64,000 bases of DNA from Mytilus edulis. Taxonomy: Eukaryota. Both the position numbers and the translations under genes were made by a program. Under the pieces are notes generated by a model, which saw only the letters and a list, made by a program, of their open reading frames with translations, made no database searches and had not been told where the DNA came from. Below are positions 1-13,544 of this stretch, piece after piece (position 1 is the first letter of the stretch; the number at the start of each line of letters is the position of its first letter). The DNA is taken from the NCBI RefSeq assembly GCF_963676685.1, contig NC_092355.1, positions 72,850,001 to 72,914,000 of the forward strand, given 5' to 3'.

Positions 1-799
1 ATTCCTAGTGTTTAGCATATCCATTTTAATATTTATACATCTTTTGTAAGAGGAATTTATTATAGATCTCAAACTGTTTTGCCTAGTTATAACACGTTTT
101 GTTATAATGATCAGCGCATGGTTTAAACCACGTTTCGAAGTAAAAGTCAACTAAGGTAAATCAAAATGCATCGTCGAAATAAGCACGTTCCATTTGTGTA
201 AGAAGGAGTGCATGGTAACTCATTTATAACAAACCTTTTTCTTTTTTAAATTTTCAGTTTATTACTTTCTAAATCATTTTAAGACACTTAGGCTGCAATC
301 CCCTCATATAATATCAACTTTAGATATATTTGGGGTTTTTTTTGTGTCCTTTGTGGTCATTTCGCAATTCAAATGTTTGTTCTTATTCAAATGAGAAACC
401 CCTAATTACTTACAAAGATTTATTTGTACTGCCACAAAATGATTGCCCTGTTCGTGATTGTCCTATAAAAGTACGTTACGGTCACCATTGAACATAAGAG
501 ATTTTCCACTTTCTAATAACTTGTTCATCTTTCATTATTAAAAAAAATCCTTATCTGTTTGATAACATAATTAATTGCTTTTGGAAATAAGCTGATTCAA
601 ACATCCGTCCTTGTAATAAATTAATTTGTACGGTTGTGCAATAGTTTGATAATTTTGCAAATTAATGCGTGATTTTTTAATTAAGAAGAAAGACTGTTGA
701 TTCTAGAAATGTCTTCAATTTGAACCTCAAAATTATCAAGTCAAAACTGATAATTTACAGTTTTACGTCGTTTGTTTTCTCTTATTTTTTTAGTGTAAA

Positions 800-1047
800 T
801 TGACATTGCGATAAGACGTGTCACGGTACTTGTCTATCCCAAATTCATGTATTTGGTTTTGATGTTATATTTGTTATTCTCGTGGGATTTTGTCTGGTGC
901 TTGGTCCGTTTCTGTGTGTGTTAGTTACATTGTAGTGTTGTGTCGTTGTTCTCCTCTTTTATTTATGCGTTTCCCTCAGTTTTAGTTTGTTACCCCGATT
1001 TTGTTTTTTGTCCATGAATTTATGAGTTTGAACAGCGGTATACTACT
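800..1047 (+). repeat. SINE-like interspersed repeat, 3' part
   Basis: Ends in ...tttgaacagcggtatactact; related segments recur at about 6410-6730 and 42180-42430. Confidence 0.5.
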
Positions 1048-3561
1048 TTATTTATGAAACTACACTGAATCTCAACAAATCTAGCACAGTGAATGAGGTG
1101 CTCATATTTAGTAAAGTTTTTACTACCAGATGAGAGTGAATGAAACCAAGCCATCCCTTTTGTTTAAACCGTTTTACATCTAACTTCTTAATTTAAACAT
1201 GTTAAAAACGTATTGTTTTCCCTCAAAATATAACTGTTCTCAATGAGAACTAACAGTATTTTTTTCACTGAAGTGTTATTTGGCAACTAATTTGAAATTA
1301 ATGTAATGTTTAGACAACCTTGATATAAAACTTTTGGAAAATATCTGTGACGTGGGATCTAAATATAGTCATGATAGTTGTTTATAATGATTTAACTTAA
1401 GACATAATCCCAGTATTTGTAATATTTAGTTAACACTGCCAACAAACCAGTGATGATCATATTTGAAAAATAATGTAAAAACATGCTACTATCAATGACG
1501 TGCATTATGTCCATGATTTCGTCAAATTACATCATACAGTTGTCAAAATAACCATTTTTATAATAAAAAGGGTAACACGATTAAGAGAAATTTTTTACAA
1601 TGATCTTAATAGTATTTAGGTAGAACTAACTTACAAATAGTTTTGTAGAGGCTAAGACATGATGCTGGAAATAATAAGCACTACTAAATTAGTGTTGTTG
1701 ATAAAAAAAACATTAATTAAAGTATTATAAATAACAAACAAAAAGTGATTTCCGAGTTCTTTGAATACATGTTAGTCTTTAATTTGATTATCACCACCAA
1801 AATGCAAATCTTCTGATATGTACAAAGATGTTTTAAAACCGACAAAGCATTTAAAATCGAGCTACGGTACAATAAAATCACATGTGGAATTCAAGAGAAA
1901 ACGTACTCGACCTATCTGAAGACAAGCAAATAACAAATCCCTCATTCAGCGTCATGGTATAATGCCAGGTAATTCATGTGGATATATGAGATTCCTTATG
2001 ATCTACATGTATATCTAAAGATACTGTATATTGACCAAACAAATGTTGAAACAAATCTTTTTTCAAAACATGCAACCATGATTAGATAAAAAAGGAAACA
2101 ACACGTCATAAATTTATGCTTCCGAAACACTTATCTGGATTTACCTTTATGACGACCGCTCTTAGCCGAATATTTTAAAGTCAAGGATGTAAATTAAACT
2201 AAACAGTAGACAAGATACATAAAGAAATACGACATATCTATCTAATGGTTTCATTTTGAATTCTAACTATTGCCATATGTGATTTTTGTTATACAATTTT
2301 TTGTCTCTTGTGAGACAACGGCGCTCCACATTCATTTAATAAAATTCCTATAAATGAATTTTAGAATATGACGAAAACTTTTCAAATGAATGTGTAAAGT
2401 AGCATAGGTGCATAGTAGCGCGAAGTCAACAAGATGTCACGGCGAAAGCTGCTCGCATTCGAACTGAAAATTAATAAACTATTGCGATCAGCAATACGCG
2501 CTTTTTCAGAATAATTGAACAATTTACCATAAGCCACGTTGTAGAAAGAGATGGCCAATTTTTTTCACCTCAATGATGTCATCAAAGTTTCACGTATTTG
2601 AACAGCAAAAGAAAGGCATACTTAATCGTCTGGAGATTTTTTAAGTACTATGAGCGCATATCTCATTCGGATATTTTGTTGTGCAAATAAGATCTATCCG
2701 ATTCAAACTCGACCATCATTTATATCACCTGGAGTAAAATTCCGCCAATAGTTTCTAAACTTCATTTCAGGGTCTTTTTTTATAGCTAACTATGTTGTAT
2801 GGGATTTACTTATTGTTCAAGGCCGTATGGTGACCGATACTTGTTAATTTCTGTGTCATTTTGTCTCTTGTGTAGAGTTGTCTCATTGGAAATCATACCG
2901 CATGTATTTTTTTATATTCAAAATAACGCATTGCAGACCATAATGTTAATATGAAAACAATAAAATACGTTATAATAAGGAGAATAGCATAAACGATGGC
3001 ATCTAACTCATGAAAACATCTGAGTTCAGGTCTTCCTCGGATCGAAACTAGAAATCAGTAAACATACAGGATGCAGAAGATAAAAAGTTGAACGAACATC
3101 ACCAGACGTACTGCTTTCCAGCATAGTAGAAAATATAAAAAAAAGGCTCATATCACAATTGAAAGTTAAACATGATAACATCAATCTTAACATTGCAAAT
3201 CACTCAAACTTCAAAGGAAACTGTATTTTGAAATATGATTATGTATGTTTTCCTATCTAAATAACCTCTGACCTTACGTACGTGTCAAGAGCAACATACA
3301 TGATGTATCGAAATGTTTTTACGATACTCAAATCTACAATCAGTCCGAACAATAATTTTAGTTGTGAAAAATCATAACCAATAAACAATACGGCTATGGT
3401 GTATCTTTAACTGAAAATGAATGAAATCAATGTATGCTATTTACCAATAACCAAGGGAATTCTCCCACTAAATCCCACTGGAGATAGTCATCGTGACCAA
3501 GCTGAATATTTGAAGTTTAGAACTTAATACATATGTAGTAGAACATAATGGTAATACATAC

Positions 3562-3745
3562 ACTCATCACAGATACCAAGATCAAAATTTTATATTTACG
3601 CCAGACGCGCGTTTCGTCAAAAAAAGACTCATCAGTGACGCTCTAATCCAAAAAAAAATTAAAAGGCCAAATAGAGTTCAAAGTTGAAGAGCATTAATGA
3701 CCAAAAATTCCTAAAAGATTTGCCAAATACAGCTGAGGTAATTAA
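3562..3745 (-). mobile_element. Hammerhead-bearing dispersed repeat (retrozyme / Penelope-associated, family 2)
   Basis: The block actcatcatagataccagg...gttgaagagcatt recurs at about 13118, 19041, 19736, 36025 (opposite strand), 40590 and 43180; this copy contains the hammerhead at 3598-3643. Confidence 0.75.
3598..3643 (-). ncRNA. Type I minimal hammerhead ribozyme, intact core
   Basis: Minus strand gcgtca-CTGATGA-GTC ttttttt GAC-GAAA-C GCGC G-TC^tggcgt: stem I cgtca/tggcg, stem II GTC/GAC, palindromic GCGC loop 3, GUC cleavage triplet. Confidence 0.8.
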
Positions 3746-4005
3746 ACCAAATAATCATTCAAAATATTTGTTTGTATCCATATTTTATAGTTTTGGTTTG
3801 TTATATAACCATACTTGTAAATGATAGGATATAAAACACTGATAGTATTAGCTGTCTTTTATTCAGATTAGGGTTAACTTTTTTCTTGGAATCTTATTGA
3901 ATATTATAAAGTTTACAATACAAGATGTCATAAGTTTAATTGTTGACTTCATTCTTTCAAGATCATTTGATAATTTGACAATAACACTTACAAATAACGT
4001 TATAT

Positions 4006-5575
4006 TAGAGGTTTCTCAACATCTTACGAACGGACGAAACTCTACGAACGTATCGTTATGGAGCAGTAATTTTTTTATAATAAAATCCATGATAAATGTC
4101 TACCGATACTGCAGTGTGTTTAAAAGACAACAGTTAACAACTTAATATACTTTTTTGCAACCTTGCATTTTATTGTTGTCATTAAACATCCGTGTTCCAA
4201 TTTATTTTCTGTTGTTGACTGTTTCGTGTTCTTACGTTGAGTCCGTTTGTTGACATGTCGTATATATGCGTTCGATTTATCTTCCTTATCCATTCAAAAA
4301 GATTTTTTTTTATATAATTAAATGTCCTTGATTAAAAAATTCAACACATCTATTTTGCAATTTGTTGATAGATTGTTTGGTGTTTAACGTTCAGTGACAA
4401 ATATTCCATTCATTTCATTGCGAAATTAGCGTTTGGTAAAGGATTGATAAGTGATCGAGATATATTTCATATATCCACACGTCCCTTCTATGGGTCCAAT
4501 CGGTTTGAGTTACTATGAGTTTCAGTATTTCGTATCGGAGAGTATCTTAAATAGATAAGTCGTAACATAGCTTTTTATTTCTAATATTTATTGGGAATCA
4601 GTTAAGGAATTTCAAAGATGCACTCGATCTATCGTTAGAAATAGAGTTTTGTGTGTTCTTGTTAAAAGTATGAGTGCTACAGCCCTAACACAACTGGTAA
4701 TCACATATATTTTTATATATTACACCCCTAGCTAAAAAGAAAAATTAGAAATATGAAAAATAGAGGAAATATGCACAGTATGCCATAGAAGCTTAACGGA
4801 AACAATAAACAAGAAGAAAAAATATGTATATACTCATAATTATACTATAATAGAGGAAACATACACACATAGAATAAGAAAGGCCATGATAACAAAAAAA
4901 ACCACAATATATAACTTAAAATATGTATTTCAATATTTTCCTTTATTTTTCTTGTTAAGTCTACCAATTTATAACAATATATCCATAAGAAGAGATCATT
5001 TGGATTTTAGTGGTTGGGGCAAAGAAGTTATCCCGGAACTTATTGGGATGTTTTCTTTTCAAATTTAAATCGAAAGGCGTTCACTCCTAGATTTATTTTA
5101 CCTCGTGTCCACGAAAGAATTTCTACCGTTAATCAGACTCTAGCTAAGATAAAAAAAAATCCTATCCCTTTTGATCCATAAACATGAATCTATATTGACC
5201 TTTTTCACATATTATACTAAATAGTGTTGTTGTCATCATGTTTATTAAAAATTCTTGTACGATTACTGTCCTTTGATTAAATATTCTTCATTTAAATTAA
5301 TAGATCAATAAGACTTTCAACTGTGTTGATTGAACAGTAAATTGTATATTATATATTATATAATATCAAATAAATATAATATGTATTTGATTCAAAATGG
5401 TTTAAAAAAATCAAGCATGCATATTTTACACGTAAAAGACATTTCAAAGGGAAGAAGAGCACAGCCGATAATCCAAAATTATAAGATAAATTACTGCTCC
5501 CTCTTTTCTCGTTACGGCAAGTTACGTCAAGTTAGGGCGATTTTCGTTCGTTCGTAAGATGTTGAGAAACCTCTA
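4006..5575. mobile_element. Non-autonomous TIR DNA transposon, family A copy 1
   Basis: 27-nt perfect TIR tagaggtttctcaacatcttacgaacg / cgttcgtaagatgttgagaaacctcta; no coding capacity; diverged direct copy at 10004-11536. Confidence 0.9.
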
Positions 5576-5950
5576 TTAGAGATTTCCAATAAAATGACAT
5601 ACGTACCTAACTCGACGTACGCACGTAACGGGACCGGTTATTGCTAACCAATTAATTTTGTTAAATGCGTTACTCAAGTTTTAACTTAGTATTCCTAAAC
5701 TATGAAACTCAATTATGATAAATTTTATCAATATCAAATATTCCTAAGATGATGAAAAACGAAAGAAATCATGATTTGTATATATCACGTGATTATTGAG
5801 ATTCCTGCCTTAAATTCACTGTCATTAGACCACATATATATACGTATCTTTACCTATCATACGATTCATAGGAGTTGCATTTCATGGTTTTGACAATGAC
5901 AATGAGTTAAGGTATACTTAAACAAAAACCTCGCCCCATAATTTGGTATA

Positions 5951-8900
5951 TAGTTAAGCAGCTTACCACACAAATCATGCAAATTGGGATACAAGCATGA
6001 AACTTTGTCAGAACATGCCTTTAGGTGTATGTAATCATATTAGTGGGGTAGCCACGAAAAAAAGTCATCCGATCATGGCGGCCATCTTGGATTTTCAAAA
6101 TGACGTCTTTTCAGGGAAAAAACATCAAATGTATGATCCCTTTTGCTTGTATTGTATCCAAAATGTTACAAGATGGAGTAAATCATTGTAAATAAAGATA
6201 AACATCACTTCCGGTCAAATATCGGTCGATAACTCACTCCTGGTTGTTATGAATATCCTGAATATGACTGTTTTATAACCCTAATAATGTCAGTCGTTAT
6301 ATTCCGTCGAGCGCCGACTAATCTTCGATTGCTACATTAGGTTCGATAGGCTATAGGCCACTAGAGGTCGCAGAGCTATCTGAGTTAACTGTTTTACTGA
6401 GTGTGAATTCGCATTGTTTTAAGACGCGTCTCGGTATTTGTCTATCCAACGTTCATGTATTTAGTTACGAAGTTTTATTTCTAATTCTGATCGGATATTG
6501 ATTTGAAGGAATTATATCCCTATTACTTACACAATTCTATGATAATATTGTTGTTAAATACATCCAATAATATAATAAGAAAACCAACCTTGAATTTCTA
6601 GAAATTTACCTGTGACGTTACTTTTTGTTGCGTTAATCCATTAATGTTACAGAAACACACTTTGTGCACTTCTCTTATAGTTGATATGTTTCACTCTGTT
6701 TTAGTTTGTAACCCGCGGACTACTACTGTTGCAGTTATCTATTACCCAGATAATATTTGCGTTATTGCTCTATTATTCAATTGTTGATTACTTTTGTTTA
6801 TTTATATTTAGTTATTTAATTTTGAAATGGCAAAAAGAATTCGCTTATCAGCTTCCTCAGCAGATAGTTGGGAAACTATATGGACACAATGTGGTTTGTG
6901 TCAGGAGGTCACAACAGACCTACTAAAATCGTCAGATGAAGGATACAATGTTGGCGCAAAACTATCCCTCTTTTTCATGAATTAAATGCCCTCCCTATCC
7001 CTCTAGATATTCGGCGATTAAACCACGGATATGGTATTGAAAGCACAATGGAATAGGAAAATACCAGGTACCATAATTTGTGCAGGATAAAGTTCAATAG
7101 AACAAAACTTGAGAGAGTCCATAAACGCCATATGTCACTGATGCCATCCAAGTATTCGAGTGAATGTAAGTCTTCTAAACCTTTTAGGTGCTCTCCTAGT
7201 TCTAAAGACCAACAACTGGATCCAGTTGAAAATGTGCCAAATGTTTCATTTGTGACAAATAGTCGCATTCATCTGTCTTAAGAGAGGCAATGACAATGAG
7301 CTTAAACCAACAACTAGTGGATTGTGCAACAGTTCTTCAGGATAAACAATTGTTGGCAAAGCTGAGTAGTGGTGATGTTATAGCACAAGAGATGAAGTAT
7401 CATCCGTCTTACAGTGGTATACAACAGGGAGAGATCAAAGAAGAGACAAACAGATATCGAAAACAGTTGTACACAGGAGGAAAATATAATGAAAGAAACT
7501 GCATTAGCTGAGCTGGTTACATACATCTTTGAAACTCAAAGAAACTCTGAAGAGTCGGCGGTGTTTCGATTAGAAGACCTGGTAAACCTATAAGAAAAAG
7601 ATTGACACAGCTTGGTTCTTCTTCTGCACAGGTACATTCTACTCGCTTGAAGGACAAGCCAGTTTGAAGAAAGTTCGTCTAGAAGAATGAACGCAGATGA
7701 CAGGCATCATGACAATTCTATGTCTATGCACCAAGATTTCATTGACAAAGTGAGAAGTCTTTTTAAAAGACTGTCATGAATGATTATGGAAATCCATTTC
7801 TTGAGGCTTCTAAAGATATCTACAAGATAGACAGTAACGATATTGTACAAGCAGGCACAGAGAAACTGTCACAAGTTAAACAAACTGGATGAAATCAGTA
7901 TACTGACTACAGAATCCGAATGCAGAACAAGGCCAGCATTTATGAACCCTATTAAGAAAAAATATTTTCTGTTGTTCAGTCGCCAACCAAAGTACATTTT
8001 AAAAGGCATGTGAAACAAAAAGCAAGCTTAACCTCACCTGAGAAGATTGCAGTTTGTTTTCAAGGCTTTTCATATCCTGTCAAAGCAGACAATGCGACTT
8101 GGAAGAGTTTTTCATTTAGACTTCTTAGTCTCAAAGTGTAAAAATTAAAAGTGACGTTAAGTCACAGCTTAATGAAGTTCTAGATCTAGAAGCTACGGGA
8201 GATTTGCCAAGAGAAGAATCTAAGACAGACATAATAGTAGTTGATGGTGCGGTTATGGTCAATTCACCGCTTGGAACATACACTATTGATGAATACGCAA
8301 AATATGTGATTTTGATATACATTATCCACCTTACTTCAAAACATTCAAGAGTAGACGTTATCTATGATATTTACATAGAAAAACAGTCTAAAAGCACAAA
8401 TACGTAAAGCGAGGGGTGCTGGATCCAGGCGAAAAGTTTTCGGCACCAGTAAGACTCAGAAAGCTTGGTCAAGCTTCTTTCGAGTGGACGAAAACAAGAC
8501 GGAATTGTTTCATTTCCTTGCCAACAAAATTTGCTCGATTCAATCTGACAAAATGATTTTTGTGACAAAAGGCGAAAATGTTATGACAAATTCTGACGAT
8601 GACCATGTTGACCGTGTTATCTCGAGGAAGCAGACTCAAGGATATTTGTTCATATCAAGAGTGGAGCTGAAAAGGGGTGTAAGTCTTCACTAATAATCAG
8701 CTCATACACTGATGTAGTAGGTTTTGCGGTGCCTCTTTTCAAAAGGTAAAAAAATATTTGGGTTGCCTTTGGAAAAGGAAAAGACCTGCAATGGCTTCAG
8801 ATTGAATAAATTAAACATGCTCTTGGTTCTAAATCAAAAGCTTTGTCCTTTTTTCATGCTTTCACTGGATGTGACACGGTCGCCGGCTTTCATGGAAAGG

Positions 8901-9418
8901 GGAAAAAATCGGTGTTACAAAGCTGGCCTGTACGACATTGTGTTCCTGTAGCTGTTAAAACGGAATACATCGAAAAATACGGTAAATTATTACATTGTTC
9001 AATCCTCCAGCATGTCTTACATAATTACCGCTATATCAAACAGACATTTTCATTGCATATCAGTACCACTATTATTTCACTCGAGTGTATGAATTTTTAT
9101 GACCCTTACCGGAAGTGGTGATTTATTTTTACAATTGCTGTCTGCTTGACATATTTTCATGTCATTTTATTGTATTTCAAATAGTTGTGATGACCTATAT
9201 CACGTTGAAAACGGTTAGAATAGCTTTTTCAATCTCCACTTTTGAGCAAATTGATGTCAATTTTTAATTCAAGATGGCCGCCGTGAAAAAAATCAAAAAC
9301 ATGTTGGCTACCCCTCTAATATGATAAAGTACACTCTAAAGAACGTCTGTGCCAAATCCTATGCTTGTATCACAATTTGCATGATTGTGTCAAATTTCGG
9401 TACTAAGCCGCCCCACTA
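5951..9418 (+). mobile_element. Decayed, internally deleted Academ (XPG-nuclease, AcademX-type) DNA transposon
   Basis: TAG...CTA termini, 3-bp ATA target duplication (5948-5950 and 9419-9421), about 150-bp imperfect TIRs (aatcatgcaaattgggatacaagcat...ggcggccatcttg vs caagatggccgcc...atgcttgtatcacaatttgcatgatt), XPG-like coding remnants inside. Confidence 0.8.
6860..8930 (+). pseudogene. Fragmented Academ transposase / XPG-FEN1-like nuclease ORF
   Basis: Frameshifted pieces: LLAKLSSGDVIAQEMKYHP, YGNPFLE, LFSRLFISCQSRQCDLEEFF, IIVVDGAVMVN, RVDVIYDIY, DENKTELFHFLA, EEADSRIFVH, FFHAFTGCDTVAGFHGKGKKS (H3TH-like). Many stops; the central transposase core appears to be missing. Confidence 0.75.
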
Positions 9419-10003
9419 ATAGGTAAAGACGAGAAATTACTTTTGAAAAATAGATCATTGATACGAATTTCTGCCCGCATCAAATTATCTTCAAATAAAT
9501 TATAGAAAAATATTATTTTTTTTTAAAAGTCGAGTACACCTTTTACATTCGGGTGTGTTGGAATTTACTTTTAACGTTAAATCTTTTTAAAACAATAAAC
9601 AGGCAACCTTCTTGCTTCGGAATTCGTTATTTTAATATTTGTATGCTAAATGTCGTCTCGGTAGTTTTTAAAATTCATAATGTGAGAAGAACTAAAATAT
9701 GGGTCAAGTGAAATGACAAAAAATGATGGGTGTGTTTGATTACAAGTTGCTTATTTACTTTTTCTATTATAGTATTTATGTCGATAAAATTATTCAAAGT
9801 TTAATGACAAAATATTTAAAGAGTAAAAAAAACCAGTTGTGGTTGATTTTTACTAAAGGCATATTCCAACAACAATGCGTGTTCAATTAGCAAAAAATGC
9901 ATGCAGTGTATGCTACCCTCCGTCACGCTTCAATGCAGTAGGACGAAATACGCTGAGTTAGGTCGGTTATGTCGAGTAAAGTCATTTTATTGGAAATCTC
10001 TAA

Positions 10004-11536
10004 TAGAGGTTTCTCAACATCTTACGAACGGACGAAACTCTACGAACGTATCATTATGGAGCAGTAATTTTGTTATGATAAAATCCATAATAAATGTCTT
10101 CCGATACTGTAGTGTGTTTAAAAGACAACAGTATCAACTTAATATCCTTTTTTGCAACCTTGCATTACATTGTTGTCATGAAACATCCGTGTTCCAATTT
10201 ATTTTCTGTTGTTGACTGTTTCGTTTTCTTACGTTGAGTTCCGTTTGTTGACATGTCGTATATATGCATTCGATTTATCTCCCTTATGTTTTCAAAAAGA
10301 ACATTTTTTTATAATGTCCTTGATTAAAAAAATCAACACATCTAGCTTGCAATTGGTTGATTGATTGTTTGGTGTTTAACGTTCATTTGCTAATATTCCA
10401 TTCATTTCATTGCGAAATTACCTAGTCCTATAACATATGACTTCGCATTCTTATTCAATTTTTAACGTTTTATTCTGATATTTTCATTTTTTATATTTTA
10501 TATTTCATATATCCACACGCCCCTTCTATAGGTCCAATTGGTTTCAGTTACTATGAGTTTCATTTTTTCGTGTCGGAGAGTATCTTGGATAGATACGTCG
10601 TAACATAGCTTTTTTATTTCTAATATTTATTGGGAATCAGTTTAAGAAATTTAAAAGATGCACTCTATCTATCGTTAGAAATAGAGTTTTGTGTGTTTTT
10701 GTTGAAAAATGAGAAATATGAAAAACAGAGGAAATATGCACAGTATGCCATGGAAGCTTAACGGAAACAATAAACAAGAAAAAAAAGTATGTATATACTT
10801 ATAATTATACTATAAAGGAAACATACACACATATAATAAGAAAGGGTATGATAACCAAAAAAAAAACACAATATATAAGTTTAAATATATATTTCAATAT
10901 ATTCCTTTATTTTTCTTGTTAAGACTACCAATTTATAACACATAAATAATAAGAGATCATTTGGAATTTAGTAGTTGGGGCAAAGAAGTTATCCCGGAAC
11001 TTATTGGGATGTTTTCTTTTCAAATTTAAATCGAGAGGCGTTCACTCCAAGATTTATTTTTCCTCATGTCCACGAAAGAATTTTTACCGTTAATCAACTT
11101 CTAGCTAAGATTCAAAAAGATTCCTATCCCTTTCCATCCATATATCTATATTTACCTTTTTCACATGTACCAAATAGTGATGTTGTCATCATGTTTATTA
11201 AAATTTCTTGTACGATTACTGTCCTTTGATTAAATATTATATATTCTTCGCTTAAATGTATAGATCAGTTAAACTTTTAACTGTGTTGATTGAACAGTAA
11301 ATTGTATATTATATATAAATATAATAACAAATAAATGTAGTATGTATTTGATTCAAAATGTTTTTAAAAAATCAAGCATGCATATTTTACAAATAAAAGA
11401 TATTTCAAAGGGAAGAATAGCATAGCCGATAATCCAATATTATAAGATAAATTACTGCTCCCTCTTTTCTCGTTACGGCAAGTTACGTCAAGTTAGGGCG
11501 ATTTTCGTTCGTTCGTAAGATGTTGAGAAACCTCTA
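10004..11536. mobile_element. Non-autonomous TIR DNA transposon, family A copy 2
   Basis: Same TIRs and colinear interior as 4006-5575, same orientation, with many substitutions and indels. Confidence 0.9.
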
Positions 11537-12267
11537 ATATGTATTGTATAGACAAAACAAAAGGTTTATTCTTCTTCTATTTAATCATAGAATTAGTAAT
11601 AACGTTATCGTGTGAATTGTATTAACTGAACAAAATGTTCTTTATTCCTCTACGTTGATATGTTGATAGTAATACCAAGTATACTTTACATCATTATATT
11701 GGTGGATCTTTATTTGCCAGTCGTTATATACTTCTGAAACCTTTAAGTAAATAAGAGTGTTAAGCAATCTAGGAATGATTGACTTTTACTTAGACAGTGG
11801 GTGTTCATTTTTATTAATTCTTATTTCCGTGACACGTAGTGTAACGGGAATTGATTGTCTTCTCACGTAGTAAGTCGAAGGCGTATGAACGTTTTTGGCG
11901 GGAATAATTATTGCGTTAAATGATAGGTGTATATATGGTAATTTCTAACCCAGCTTTACTTTAGTGAACATCAAATGTTTTGACTTGTACGCCAGGCATC
12001 TGGCAAACGAACACAGGCTTCTAAAAGTAGTTTGTCCTAGACGGCCACGAAACATTTAGCTATTAGTAGTAGATATTAGAAGTCATTATGATTTTTTATG
12101 TGTATTGATGTGACACATTTGAACATATTTGTTTAATAAAATCGGCAGCTCAGAATATACACAAGCAGCAAGCTAGTCGACAAACATACGTTTGTGTTTT
12201 ATTTGTCTATTGGTAGAAGTGTTGCTATGTTAAGAACATAAGGTATAGAGAAGACCTGTCTTTGAAA

Positions 12268-12790
12268 ATGTGTCATGTTGTGGGAATGATAAAGTTTCAA
12301 AAAGTCAGAGCCCAAAGGATACAAGAAGAAAAAGACGGGTTTTATTGATTCGTATAACATTCGGATTACTATTTAATTTTGCTGCTTTTATAACTGTCTA
12401 TGTAGTCAACAAGGAAATATTCATAAAAGGGAATGCTGCTCTGGGATTATTTATCGCGACGATTCGTTGTTACACCACATGATATTTTACAGACTTTATG
12501 AAATATAATTTGATATCTTAGTATTTATATTCAGTCTTTCTTTATCTTACTGGAAGATACCAGAGTTTACAACCGCTACAACTGTACTTGGCTGCATAGA
12601 TATACTGTTTTGGTATCTTTCTTGCACTTTTAGTGCCATTTGGTTTTCGTATTATTATGCTTAAAAGGGAGGCTGCCCGTTTGCAAGTTTCAGCTGAACA
12701 AAACTCATGTACTCAAACGGACAAAGAAGTGGTGAAGCTAGCCACAATTCACAATGGCAGGGACGTTAACCGAACGATAATGAATCAATA
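12268..12790 (+). pseudogene. Disrupted small multi-pass membrane protein ORF (weak HRG1/SLC48A1-like resemblance)
   Basis: Pieces in shifting frames: RRKRRVLLIRITFGLLFNFAAFITVYVV..GNAALGLFIAT; TTATTVLGCIDILFWYLSCTFSAIWFSYYY; MLKREAARLQVSAEQ..IMNQ*. AATAAA at 12995-13000. Confidence 0.35.
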
Positions 12791-13544
12791 ACCTATATCT
12801 TTAAAAACAATAGAAACTGCAAATAGATAATCAATTTATAAGGACTTCATTGAAGCAGAAACTTTTTATTAAAGTAATAGTGTAGTGTTTAGTCATTTAA
12901 GATATTTGTCATGATATGAATCCGATTTAGGCGACATTTTGTAGGTATTATGATATAAATTCTTACATTTGTGTGATATTCTGTAATCTAGTTTAATAAA
13001 ACTTGCTCAACCTAGGACATCACAAACAAAATATAAAGTCATAATTTTGGCTTTTATTTGATGGAATGACGTATATATATTAAATGTAATCAAGCGCAAA
13101 GGGCACTTGAAAAAAATTATCATAAATACCAGGATTGAAATTTATTGAAATAAATGTCAGACGCACAAAGACTCATTAGTGACGCTCGAATAAAATATGT
13201 AAAAAAGGCCAAATAGAGTACTAAGTTAACAAAGTATTAAATATAACTTTTTATTTTTGTTGTATTTTATTGGTTGATTTCTTTTTTGCAAATTTCGTTT
13301 TCAAATGTAAACACGCCGCTATTGGGACCGAATACGTTTCGCATGACGCTTTTTCGTATTTAAATAAACCTACAATATGTAAAATCACAAAAATACTGAC
13401 CCCGGAGGAAAATTCTAAAAGGATATTAAAGTCCATAATAAAATGACAAAACAAGCATCTCAAACACATCATCAAATTAAATGATATATAAAAGCTGTCA
13501 TAAGCCTCACTAGGTTCATGCATTTTCATATGTTTCATAGAAGT

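Larger units (their letters stand above)
5577..10002. mobile_element. Non-autonomous TIR DNA transposon, family B (hosts the Academ insertion)
   Basis: 22-nt perfect TIR tagagatttccaataaaatgac / gtcattttattggaaatctcta; about 0.95 kb once 5951-9421 is removed; ATAT flanks both sides once the two A copies are removed. Confidence 0.85.

Noticed and set aside
3897-5557. Short ORFs repeated at 9901-11229, suggesting a duplicated gene
   Set aside because: They are chance ORFs in the two copies of non-coding element A; frames and stops are not conserved.
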